DNA of 32,000 nucleotides from Sarcina sp. (GTDB lineage: Bacteria; Bacillota; Clostridia; Clostridiales; Clostridiaceae). Positions within the stretch are counted from its first letter, which is position 1. Each line of letters begins with the position of its first letter. The position numbers and the translations under genes are program-made. A model generated the notes under the pieces. The model made no database searches. It was not told the DNA's origin and saw only the letters and a program-made list of their open reading frames with translations. The stretch is taken from positions 90,530-122,529 of the forward strand of contig JBOFIK010000013.1 in the NCBI GenBank assembly GCA_051650125.1, written 5' to 3'. Of the stretch, positions 24,424 through 32,000 are shown in pieces.

Positions 24424-24705
24424 ATGAGTATTAAGTGTCCAAAGTGTAAGAAAATAATAGATAATAATTACATAAAAGAAGTAAAAACTGTTGAGAATTT
24501 TAAATGTCCAAGTTGTAGAGTGTTACTTGCGGAAAGTGAGAAATCAAAAATAATAACTATTCTAATTGCAATTATGCCGATAATAGTTTTAGCATTTACT
24601 GTTAATAACTTTTTTATAAAAATATTAGCAATGTTTACGTGGGGATTTATTAGTACAACATATATACGTTCGCTGCTTTCTAAATATAAAGTGGTTGCAA
24701 AATAG
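24424..24705 (+). CDS. Zinc-ribbon membrane protein (93 aa)
   Basis: CPKC...17 aa...CPSC zinc-ribbon followed by two TM helices. RBS GGGAGAG. Confidence 0.55.
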   Translation: MSIKCPKCKKIIDNNYIKEVKTVENFKCPSCRVLLAESEKSKIITILIAIMPIIVLAFTVNNFFIKILAMFTWGFISTTYIRSLLSKYKVVAK

Positions 24706-24733
24706 GATATCCTTAAGGGATATCTTATTTTTT
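24704..24733 (+). terminator. Rho-independent terminator
   Basis: Stem GATATCC / GGATATC followed by a T-run of 7. Confidence 0.7.
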
Positions 24734-24821
24734 TAGATTAAAGTTAAAAATTGTAAGAAAAGAATATTCAAAGGCTCAATATTTACCTAGTTTATTGTGA
24801 GTCAAACTTAAAATAACGTAA

Positions 24822-24850
24822 TTGACATTCAAAAATTGAAGGTATATAAT
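24822..24850 (+). promoter_or_regulatory. Consensus sigmaA promoter TTGACA-17-TATAAT of the T-box leader
   Basis: Exact consensus hexamers with a 17-nt spacer. Confidence 0.8.
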
Positions 24851-24859
24851 TATAGAAAA

Positions 24860-25150
24860 TAAAGGCTATGAAGAGAAGAGTAGGTATGAGGATGTATATA
24901 GAGAGTTTTCGGGTGGTGCAAGAAAATTACAAATCGTAGTGAAACAAGACTTGGAGCTGCATACGGATCTTATTTTATAAGTGATGCTATGACGTAGGTT
25001 CACGTTACAGAACTAGAGTATATTTTAAAGACAAAGATTAGTGTGAAATGTACTTGAAGAGCTTAAAGTAGTAATATTTTAAGGAATGAGAGTGGTATCG
25101 CGGAGTAAATTCGCCTCTAGTAGAACAAGGTTCTAATAGGGGTTTTTTTG
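24860..25150 (+). promoter_or_regulatory. T-box riboswitch leader
   Basis: Stem I elements: UAUGA K-turn side (24867-24871), AGAGUA (24877-24882), AG bulge AGAGAG (24900-24905), distal loop GGGUGGUGCAAG (24911-24922), and specifier-loop 3' side GAAACAAGA (24941-24949). T-box sequence AAUGAGAGUGGUAUCGCGG (25085-25103). Terminator 25114-25149 overlaps the 3' side of the antiterminator. Confidence 0.88.
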
Positions 25151-25189
25151 TTTTTAAAAAACAATTTAAATTAAGAGGAGTGACAAATC

Positions 25190-27157
25190 ATGATAAGTAA
25201 AAGACTTGGAAGAGACGAAAAACCAGTTTTCCCTAAAAGAGCGGTAATTACTGCTGGTATGCCTTATGGTAACAAAAACCTTCATTTTGGTCATGTTGGA
25301 GGTATGTTTGTTCATGCAGATATATTTGCAAGATTTTTAAGAGATAGAATTGGTAAAGAGAATGTTATTTTTGTATCAGGAACTGATTGCTATGGTTCAC
25401 CTATACTTGAAAGTTATAGAAACTTAAAAGAAGAAGGGTATACACATACAATGGAAGAGTATGTAATGACAAATCACCTTAGTCAAAAAGAAACTTTAGC
25501 TAAGTATGATATTAGCTTAAACCTTTATGGAACTTCTGCATTTGGAAGAAGTGGTGAAATACACAATAAAGTTTCAGAAGAAGTATTTAATACTTTATTT
25601 GACCATGGATATATCAAAAAAATGTCAACATCACAATTCTATGATGAAGAAAAGCAAACTTTTCTTAATGGAAGACAAGTAGTTGGAAAATGTCCTATTG
25701 ATGGTTGTAGTTCAGATAAAGGATATGCTGATGAATGCTCACTAGGACATCAATATATGCCCTCAGAGTTATTAAACCCTGTAAGTAAATTATCAGGAAC
25801 AGTTCCAGTTTTAAAACACATAGATAACTGGTACTTTACACTAGATGATTCTACAAGTAAGATGAAAGAGTTAAATGAACTTTTACTTAGAAATACTAAT
25901 AGAAGAAAATATGAACTTAAAGCAATTGATGAGTTCTTAAAGAAACCATTACTTTATGTTCAAAGAAAATATATAGATAATCTTGATGAGCTTGTTGCTA
26001 AAATTCCGGTTCATGAATTAATAGACGAGGAAAAGAAATCTTCATTAAGTTTCATTTTTGATCACCTAGAAGATAGAGATGCAGCAAAAGCTATACTAGA
26101 TGAAATGAAGATAAATTATAGAAGTGGTAAGACTTTAGTTCCGTTTAGATTATCAGGAAATATTTCATGGGGTGTTAAAGTTCCAGAGAGAGACGGACTT
26201 AAAGATTTAACATTCTGGGTATGGCCAGAATCATTATGGGCACCAGTTTCATTTACAAAAACATACCTAGAGTCAATAGGGGCAAGTGATGATGCATGGC
26301 GCAAATGGTGGGATGATGAAGATGCTAACGTTTATCAATTTATAGGGGAAGATAATATCTACTTCTATTCAATAGCTGAAATGGCAATGTTAATGGGACT
26401 TAAAACACCTAAAGGTGAGGATATTGATATAAGTAAGATTGAGTTCCCACATATAATTTCTAACAAGCATATATTATTTATGGACAAGAAAGCAAGTAGT
26501 AGCTCAGAAGTTAAGCCACCAATGGCAGATGAGTTATTAGCTCATTATTCAAAGGATCAACTACGTATGCACTTTATGAGTTTAGGATTATCTTCTAAGA
26601 GTGTAGGATTTAAACCACAAGTTTATATGGCTGAGGAAGAAAAAGTAGGAACAGATGCAGTATTAAAAGAGGGTAATCTTTTAACAAATGTATTTAATAG
26701 AATTATACGTTCATGTTTCTATACATTACAAAGCTTAGAGCAAACTCTTCCTATGTTTGAAATGAGTGATAAAATTAAAGAGATGTCAGAGAATGCAATA
26801 GCTGAGTATGAAAGACACATGTACAACCAAGATTTCCACAGAATTTCATACGTTTTAGATGAATATATAAGAAATGTTAGTAAGTACTGGGCTAGTAATA
26901 GTAAAAATGAAGAGTTTAAAAAACAATTAGTAGCTGATTGTTTCTATGCTTGTAAAATTATAGCTATATTAGTTCACCCAATAGCACCAAAAGGTTGTGA
27001 GATGTTCAAGGAATATCTTAATGTTGATGATGAATTATGGAACTGGGAAAAAATTTATGAGCCACTTAATGTTTACTTTACAGATGGTGAAAATCATACA
27101 TTTAAATTCCTTGAGCCAAAAGTTGATTTCTTTGAAAAATTAGGACATCAATTTTAA
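25190..27157 (+). CDS. MetRS-like class I aminoacyl-tRNA synthetase (divergent paralogue type)
   Basis: PYGNKNLHFGH (HIGH). GTDCYGSPI and the knuckle CPIDGC..ADEC.. align by eye with E. coli-type MetRS (PYANGSIHLGH, DDAHGTPI, CPKC..DNCEVC). ISWGVKVP..FWVWPES, anticodon-domain NVFNRIIR and ..KYW... The KMSKS position reads KKASSS. Confidence 0.8.
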   Translation: MISKRLGRDEKPVFPKRAVITAGMPYGNKNLHFGHVGGMFVHADIFARFLRDRIGKENVIFVSGTDCYGSPILESYRNLKEEGYTHTMEEYVMTNHLSQKETLAKYDISLNLYGTSAFGRSGEIHNKVSEEVFNTLFDHGYIKKMSTSQFYDEEKQTFLNGRQVVGKCPIDGCSSDKGYADECSLGHQYMPSELLNPVSKLSGTVPVLKHIDNWYFTLDDSTSKMKELNELLLRNTNRRKYELKAIDEFLKKPLLYVQRKYIDNLDELVAKIPVHELIDEEKKSSLSFIFDHLEDRDAAKAILDEMKINYRSGKTLVPFRLSGNISWGVKVPERDGLKDLTFWVWPESLWAPVSFTKTYLESIGASDDAWRKWWDDEDANVYQFIGEDNIYFYSIAEMAMLMGLKTPKGEDIDISKIEFPHIISNKHILFMDKKASSSSEVKPPMADELLAHYSKDQLRMHFMSLGLSSKSVGFKPQVYMAEEEKVGTDAVLKEGNLLTNVFNRIIRSCFYTLQSLEQTLPMFEMSDKIKEMSENAIAEYERHMYNQDFHRISYVLDEYIRNVSKYWASNSKNEEFKKQLVADCFYACKIIAILVHPIAPKGCEMFKEYLNVDDELWNWEKIYEPLNVYFTDGENHTFKFLEPKVDFFEKLGHQF

Positions 27158-27186
27158 ATTTAAAAAATATGTAGACAAATTAGAAG

Positions 27187-27216
27187 AGTAGTACATTTAA
27201 ATGTGCTACTTTTTTG
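27187..27216 (+). terminator. Rho-independent terminator
   Basis: Stem AGTAGTACATT / AATGTGCTACT (one G.U pair), then TTTTT. Confidence 0.8.
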
Positions 27217-27354
27217 TTTATATAGGAAAAATGTATAGATTTATATAAAAAATTCTATAAAGTTAAGAAAAAGCTAAATAAAATTTAATATTATACGATA
27301 AGATAAGTATATAATTTTAGAAATATTGAGAAAATTTATTTTTTTGGAGGAGTA

Positions 27355-28434
27355 ATGGAAGATTACGAAGAGCGTTATAAACAATTAAATAAAGAATTTC
27401 AAAGTTATCAACTTTTTGCAGAAGAAAAACTTCAAAAAATAAGTAGGGTTAACAAAGACTTAGAGCGAAAATTATCTATATTTGTTAATATTGTGGAAGT
27501 AAGTAAGTATATAAATTCAAATATATCTGATGTTAACTTACTTGCAATGATAAATGATATGATAGTAGGTATGCTAGGGGTTGGGTATTCAACAATTCAT
27601 TTGCTAGAAAATGATGAACTAGTTCCTAAAATAACAAATCTAGGTGATTTAGAGTCAAAAAAAATACATTATACACTTAAAGAAATTAGAAATGGAAGAT
27701 CTTTTATTAAGAATAATAATAATGGAATATTTACAGAAATTAATTCTGAAAATAACATAAATTCATTGATAGGAGTGCCCATTTATATAAAACAAGAGCT
27801 TATAGGATATATAATTGTTGAACATGTTTATTACACTTTCTTTGAAGAGGAAGACATAAACTTTATTAAATATATAGCACATCAGGTAGCAATTGCTATT
27901 GATAATAGTGTTTTGTATAAAAGAATACAAGAGGCAGCTCAAAATGATTCATTACTTGATATTTGTAATAGAAAATATTTTTATGAGCTAATAGAGAAAG
28001 AGAAAGAGAGTAATCGAACTTTTAAAAAGTTTGCAATAGTGATGTCTGATATAGATAATTTTAAGTATATAAATGATACTTATGGACATCAGTTTGGAGA
28101 TTTAGTTCTTAAGTCAATTGTAAATATTATGAGTGGAAATTTGACAAAAACAGATATAATAGCTAGATATGGTGGAGAAGAGATTGTTATGTTCTTAAGT
28201 GGTGAGAGAAGCGAGCAAGAGACAATTGAAAAAGTAGAGGCTATAAGAGAGCAGATTCAAAATAATGTAATAAAATCATCAGATGAAGTGGAAGTTAGCG
28301 TGACAGTAAGTTTTGGAATTGCTTTTTCATCAGAAGGCGACAGAGATGGAGTAGCGATAGATAAAATTATAAAAAAAGCTGATGATAGATTATATATAGC
28401 AAAGCGAACAGGAAAAAACAAAGTTGAATTTTAA
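27355..28434 (+). CDS. Diguanylate cyclase, coiled-coil + GAF + GGDEF
   Basis: GAF-like block (LIGVPIYIKQELIGYIIVEH...AHQVAIAIDNSVLY). GGDEF domain (DIDNFKYINDTYGHQFGD, RYGGEEIVMF, ADDRLYIAKRTGKN). Confidence 0.88.
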   Translation: MEDYEERYKQLNKEFQSYQLFAEEKLQKISRVNKDLERKLSIFVNIVEVSKYINSNISDVNLLAMINDMIVGMLGVGYSTIHLLENDELVPKITNLGDLESKKIHYTLKEIRNGRSFIKNNNNGIFTEINSENNINSLIGVPIYIKQELIGYIIVEHVYYTFFEEEDINFIKYIAHQVAIAIDNSVLYKRIQEAAQNDSLLDICNRKYFYELIEKEKESNRTFKKFAIVMSDIDNFKYINDTYGHQFGDLVLKSIVNIMSGNLTKTDIIARYGGEEIVMFLSGERSEQETIEKVEAIREQIQNNVIKSSDEVEVSVTVSFGIAFSSEGDRDGVAIDKIIKKADDRLYIAKRTGKNKVEF

Positions 28435-28449
28435 TAGAGAGATTGAAAG

Positions 28450-28492
28450 ATATTCATTTTTAAATTATATTTTAAAAATGAATATTTTTTTA
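28450..28492 (+). terminator. Rho-independent terminator
   Basis: 12-bp perfect AT-rich stem ATATTCATTTTT / AAAAATGAATAT followed by a T-run. Confidence 0.6.
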
Positions 28493-28577
28493 TATTTTGT
28501 TATAAAATTAGTTGCATGTTTAATATAATTTATAAAGAAAAAGATTAGGGTATGTTTAAAAGTGAAAAGGTGTAGTT

Positions 28578-29720
28578 ATGGATATAAAAAAAGTGCTTAG
28601 AATTATAAGGAATGATGAGGGGAGTAAACTTGATTTTAAAGAGTGTATGAATTTGAATACAGAATCAGAAAAGAAGGAGTTTACTAAGGATATATCAGCA
28701 ATTGCTAATTCACGAGGTGGAAGAGGATATATTATAATTGGAATACAGGATAAAAGTAAAAAGATAGTAGGAATAGAGAATGCACAAAAACTTACCGAGG
28801 AAAGAATGCAACAAATAATAAGTTCAAGATGTGAACCACCAATTCCAATATCTGTGGAAAGTTTTTATATAAATAAAAAGAAAATTTTGGTTATTACAAT
28901 ATTTGATGGCGAACAAAAGCCTTATCAAGCTAAAGATACAGGGGCATTTTATATTAGAAGAGGTTCAATAACGGATTTTATGAGAAAAAGTGAATTGTTA
29001 AATGTTTTTCAAGAGAAATTAGATTTAAATATAGAAACATGTGCTATTACAAATTCAAGTGAGAATCTATTAGATAAGAAGATGTTATTAAAGTATTTTA
29101 ATCAAAAGGGAATAGAATTAACTAGTGAAAATAGAGATTTTCTTTTGAGTAGTAGTAATATAATAAAGAATGATAGAGTAATAGGTGAAAAAATTTGTAC
29201 AATGGGTGGATTACTTGTATTTTCGGAGTTAAATAGTATTTGTATTCCATATAATTTAATAAAAATTGTAGATAAAACTAAAATAAAAAAAGATATTTAT
29301 ATTCAAGGAAGTTTACTAAGTATGATAGATAAAGCGAGTAAAGAAATAAAAAATAGATTACCTGAAAAGTATCCAAGTAATGCAGTTCTTGAAGCTGTTA
29401 AAAATGCAGTTTTATATAGAGATTATACTTTAAGCAATTGTATAGAGGTGATTATAAATAAAGAAGAAATAGTTGTTAAAAATCCAGGGAAATTCATAGA
29501 AAATAGTGAGAACTATATGATGGATTATTCTAAAAGAAATATGTGGATTTATGAGAAGTTGATAACTTTAGACAATGAGGGCCGTTTTGAGAGAAATGGG
29601 CATGGATTTGAAAGGATGAATAAAGCTCTTGAAAGGTTAGGAAAAGTTAAAGTTATTGATAGCAAAAATGAAGAGGTAGTAAAAGTTGTTTTTCCAGGTA
29701 TTGAATCTTTAAAAAGTTAA
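28578..29720 (+). CDS. AlbA_2 (Schlafen-like) domain protein with a C-terminal HATPase_c_4-like region
   Basis: The N-terminus DEGSKLDFKE....KDISAIANSRGGRGYIIIGI and KPYQAKDTGAFYIRRGS is the AlbA_2 pattern as I recall it. The later EAVKNAVLYRDY...VKNPG and GHGFERMNKAL resemble the RecG-C-terminal-like ATPase/HTH family. Confidence 0.7.
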   Translation: MDIKKVLRIIRNDEGSKLDFKECMNLNTESEKKEFTKDISAIANSRGGRGYIIIGIQDKSKKIVGIENAQKLTEERMQQIISSRCEPPIPISVESFYINKKKILVITIFDGEQKPYQAKDTGAFYIRRGSITDFMRKSELLNVFQEKLDLNIETCAITNSSENLLDKKMLLKYFNQKGIELTSENRDFLLSSSNIIKNDRVIGEKICTMGGLLVFSELNSICIPYNLIKIVDKTKIKKDIYIQGSLLSMIDKASKEIKNRLPEKYPSNAVLEAVKNAVLYRDYTLSNCIEVIINKEEIVVKNPGKFIENSENYMMDYSKRNMWIYEKLITLDNEGRFERNGHGFERMNKALERLGKVKVIDSKNEEVVKVVFPGIESLKS

Positions 29721-29733
29721 AAGGGGTGTTTAG

Positions 29734-30147
29734 ATGATAAAATTATTTTTTAATAAAATAGGTAGTGGTAAAAGTAAGGAACTTATGAATCTAGCCAATA
29801 CTGATATAAAAGAAATAAAAGGAACTTCAGTTTTCATTGATAATGATGATAAAAGGATCTTTAGTGTGGATTCAAAGATAAGATTTATTTCAATGAAAGA
29901 GTACCCAGTGACGACTTATAATGAATTTTCAGCATTTATTTGTGGAGTACTTTCTAACGATTATGATATAGAGAATATGTATATTGATAATTTATCTAAA
30001 ATAATAAAAGAATTTGATGTGAAGCTGTTAGATTATTATTTAGAGGATTTAAATAAGCTTAGCATAAAATATAATGTAAACGTATTTATGAATGTTCATA
30101 GTGAAAATGAAGTAATACCAGAGAAGGTAAAAGCTTATATAGCTTAA
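29734..30147 (+). CDS. Small P-loop-like protein (137 aa), unknown function
   Basis: Starts 13 nt after the AlbA_2 gene, with an AGGGGTG RBS. N-terminus LFFNKIGSGKSKE (GxGKS) followed by VFIDNDD (Walker-B-like). Confidence 0.5.
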   Translation: MIKLFFNKIGSGKSKELMNLANTDIKEIKGTSVFIDNDDKRIFSVDSKIRFISMKEYPVTTYNEFSAFICGVLSNDYDIENMYIDNLSKIIKEFDVKLLDYYLEDLNKLSIKYNVNVFMNVHSENEVIPEKVKAYIA

Positions 30148-30152
30148 GGATA

Positions 30153-30186
30153 AAACACCTGTGAAATTTTTGCAGGTGTTGTTTTT
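30153..30186 (+). terminator. Rho-independent terminator
   Basis: Stem AAACACCTG / CAGGTGTT followed by a T-run. Confidence 0.75.
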
Positions 30187-30368
30187 ATAAAATGTGATAG
30201 TGAAAAAGTGCAATGCAGAATTTTATTAAAATAGAAACTTTATTTACAGAAATATTCTTGTGAATTAGGTTTGTAAGCTATATACTATAATTATGCCTTT
30301 TTAGGGAATAGATAACTTTTTAGGTTATAAAATTTTAGAAATAATAAATTTTGCAGGAGGTAGTAAGA

Positions 30369-31589
30369 ATGGCAAACGTGTTAGATATTCTTCAGGAACG
30401 TGGATACATAAAGCAATTTACACATGAAGATGAAACGAGAGAACTTTTAGAAAAGGAAAAAGTAACATTTTATATAGGCTTTGATCCAACAGCTGATAGT
30501 TTACATGTTGGACACTTTATAGCAATGATGTTCATGTCACATATGCAACAGGCAGGACACAGACCAATAGCTCTTATTGGTGGTGGAACAGCAATGATTG
30601 GTGATCCAAGTGGAAAAACTGATATGAGAACAATGATGACAAAGGAAACAATCCAACATAATGTTGATAGTATAAAAAAACAAATGGAGAAATTCATAGA
30701 TTTCACAGATGATAAGGCTATTCTTGTCAACAACGCTGATTGGTTATTAAACCAAAATTACGTTGAATTTATAAGAGATATAGGTGTTCATTTCTCAGTA
30801 AACAGAATGCTTGCAGCAGAATGTTTTAAACAAAGATTAGAGAAAGGTCTTTCATTCTTAGAGTTTAACTATATGTTAATGCAAGGATTTGATTTCTACG
30901 AGTTAAATAGAAGATATGATTGTAAGTTACAGCTTGGTGGAGATGACCAATGGTCAAACATGATAGCTGGTGTAGAACTTATAAGAAAGAAATCACAAAA
31001 AAGTGCGAGTGCAATGACTTGTACACTATTAACAAACTCAGAAGGTCAAAAAATGGGTAAAACAGTAGGTGGAGCTTTATGGCTTGATCCAGAGAAGACA
31101 ACACCATATGATTTCTACCAATACTGGAGAAACGTAGGAGATGCTGATGTTAATATGTGTCTTAGACTTATAACATTCGTACCAATGGATGAAGTAAGAA
31201 GACTTTGTGCATTAGAAGGTTCTGCTATAAATGAAGCTAAGAAAGTTCTTGCTTTTGAAGTAACAAAACTTATCCACGGAGAAGAAGAAGCTAAAAAAGC
31301 TATGGAAGCTGCTGAAAGTTTATTTGGAAATGGTGGAAATATGGATAATATTCCTACAATTGAAATTGAAGAAAGTGCTGTTGGTACAGAATTATTAGAA
31401 GTTCTTACAAACAATGGAGTATTCAAATCAAAAGGTGAAGGAAGAAGACTTATCAACCAAGGTGGAGTATCAGTAAATGATGTGAAGCTTGAAGATGATA
31501 AAAAAGTAGTTGAAATGTCAGATTTTAAAGATGATATGATACTTGTTAAAAGAGGAAAGAAAAAATTCTATAAGATAGTAATTAAATAG
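30369..31589 (+). CDS. tyrS: Tyrosine--tRNA ligase
   Basis: [13 protein letters not shown] (HIGH), KMGKT (KMSKS variant), a DDQWSNM-type block and a C-terminal S4-like domain. ATG 30369 with a GGAGG RBS is preferred over TTG 30351. Confidence 0.93.
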   Translation: MANVLDILQERGYIKQFTHEDETRELLEKEKVTFYIGFDPTADSLHVGHFIAMMFMSHMQQAGHRPIALIGGGTAMIGDPSGKTDMRTMMTKETIQHNVDSIKKQMEKFIDFTDDKAILVNNADWLLNQNYVEFIRDIGVHFSVNRMLAAECFKQRLEKGLSFLEFNYMLMQGFDFYELNRRYDCKLQLGGDDQWSNMIAGVELIRKKSQKSASAMTCTLLTNSEGQKMGKTVGGALWLDPEKTTPYDFYQYWRNVGDADVNMCLRLITFVPMDEVRRLCALEGSAINEAKKVLAFEVTKLIHGEEEAKKAMEAAESLFGNGGNMDNIPTIEIEESAVGTELLEVLTNNGVFKSKGEGRRLINQGGVSVNDVKLEDDKKVVEMSDFKDDMILVKRGKKKFYKIVIK

Positions 31590-31600
31590 TAACTAAGACA

Positions 31601-31641
31601 AGAGTTATACAGAGGAGAAATCCTTTGTATAACTCTTTTTG
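31601..31641 (+). terminator. Rho-independent terminator of tyrS
   Basis: 11-bp perfect stem AGAGTTATACA / TGTATAACTCT followed by a T-run. Confidence 0.8.
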
Positions 31642-31709
31642 TATTAACACCAAATTGTGACATTCAAGGAGTATTATAAAATAAAAAAATAGTGAGGGAG
31701 GGAAATAAA

Positions 31710-32000
31710 ATGGTTTTAGCAACTGATGAAAATAAGGTTTTTAAAATAACAAAAATTCTATATATAGCTTTTGTTATTGTTAGTGTGGTAGTATGTTTCT
31801 TTCTACCAAGCCAAGTAGCAGTTCAGTTTAGTGGGAGTGGTGCAACTAGTATGATGCAAAAAATAGTTTATACATTAATAATACTTTTTGTGGGAACTAT
31901 TGCAGCATTTGCGGTTCCGAGAAGAAAAAGTGCATATGCTATTTCAGCAGTTTTTATAATAAATTTAATTGTGATTGGAATTAATTTATTTGTAATTTAA
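31710..32000 (+). CDS. Small hypothetical membrane protein (96 aa, ~3 TM)
   Basis: ATG 31710 with a GAGGGAGGG RBS, hydrophobic helices, and a TAA stop at the last three bases of the window. Confidence 0.5.
   Translation: MVLATDENKVFKITKILYIAFVIVSVVVCFFLPSQVAVQFSGSGATSMMQKIVYTLIILFVGTIAAFAVPRRKSAYAISAVFIINLIVIGINLFVI

Noticed and set aside
1-32000. Window-wide search for CRISPR arrays, tRNA/rRNA genes, IS inverted repeats, integrase or phage genes
   Set aside because: I saw no regularly spaced repeats, no cloverleaf-like GC-rich segments, and no transposase (other than the Rpn-type protein), integrase or phage structural genes on either strand.

Overview
This is an AT-rich chromosomal segment that looks like low-GC Firmicutes or Clostridia. 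The signs are GGAGG-type RBSs, TTG/GTG starts, a T-box leader, a TPP riboswitch, and hairpin plus T-run terminators after almost every transcription unit. I could not identify the organism more precisely. There are about 33 credible protein genes.

Gene order:
- a partial secreted protein and a small membrane protein (minus strand)
- bioW-bioF
- an accessory block (2.6-7.3 kb): an Rpn/PD-(D/E)XK putative transposase flanked by a duplicated terminator module, an ECF-type sigma/anti-sigma pair, and an AAA-ATPase with a C-terminal PD-(D/E)XK motif
- trpS
- two small unknown genes
- an orphan PhoP-like response regulator
- TPP riboswitch and thiT
- a lipoprotein (minus strand)
- pstS-pstC-pstA-pstB-pstB
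- a minus-strand sigma-54/LevR-type regulon: a LevR-like activator, then a -24/-12 promoter, two IIB genes and a IIC gene of the cellobiose/lactose PTS family, then a separately transcribed DUF3284-like gene
- a second -24/-12 promoter on the plus strand in front of an EIIB-like protein that lacks the catalytic Cys
- a zinc-ribbon membrane protein
- a full T-box leader and a divergent MetRS-like class I synthetase
- a GAF-GGDEF cyclase
- an AlbA_2/Schlafen-like protein plus a 137-aa P-loop-like protein
- tyrS
- a small membrane protein

No rRNA, tRNA, CRISPR array or obvious prophage/IS element was seen.

No single feature is clearly a new system. The best candidates for follow-up are:
1. The T-box-controlled MetRS paralogue. 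Its KMSKS signature reads KASSS, and its leader does not appear to present an AUG specifier.
2. The dead-EIIB gene under its own sigma-54 promoter, next to a PTS operon that has no IIA.
3. The AlbA_2 plus mini-P-loop gene pair.
4. The nuclease-rich accessory block between bioF and trpS.

All homology calls come from reading motifs by eye. No database search was run.
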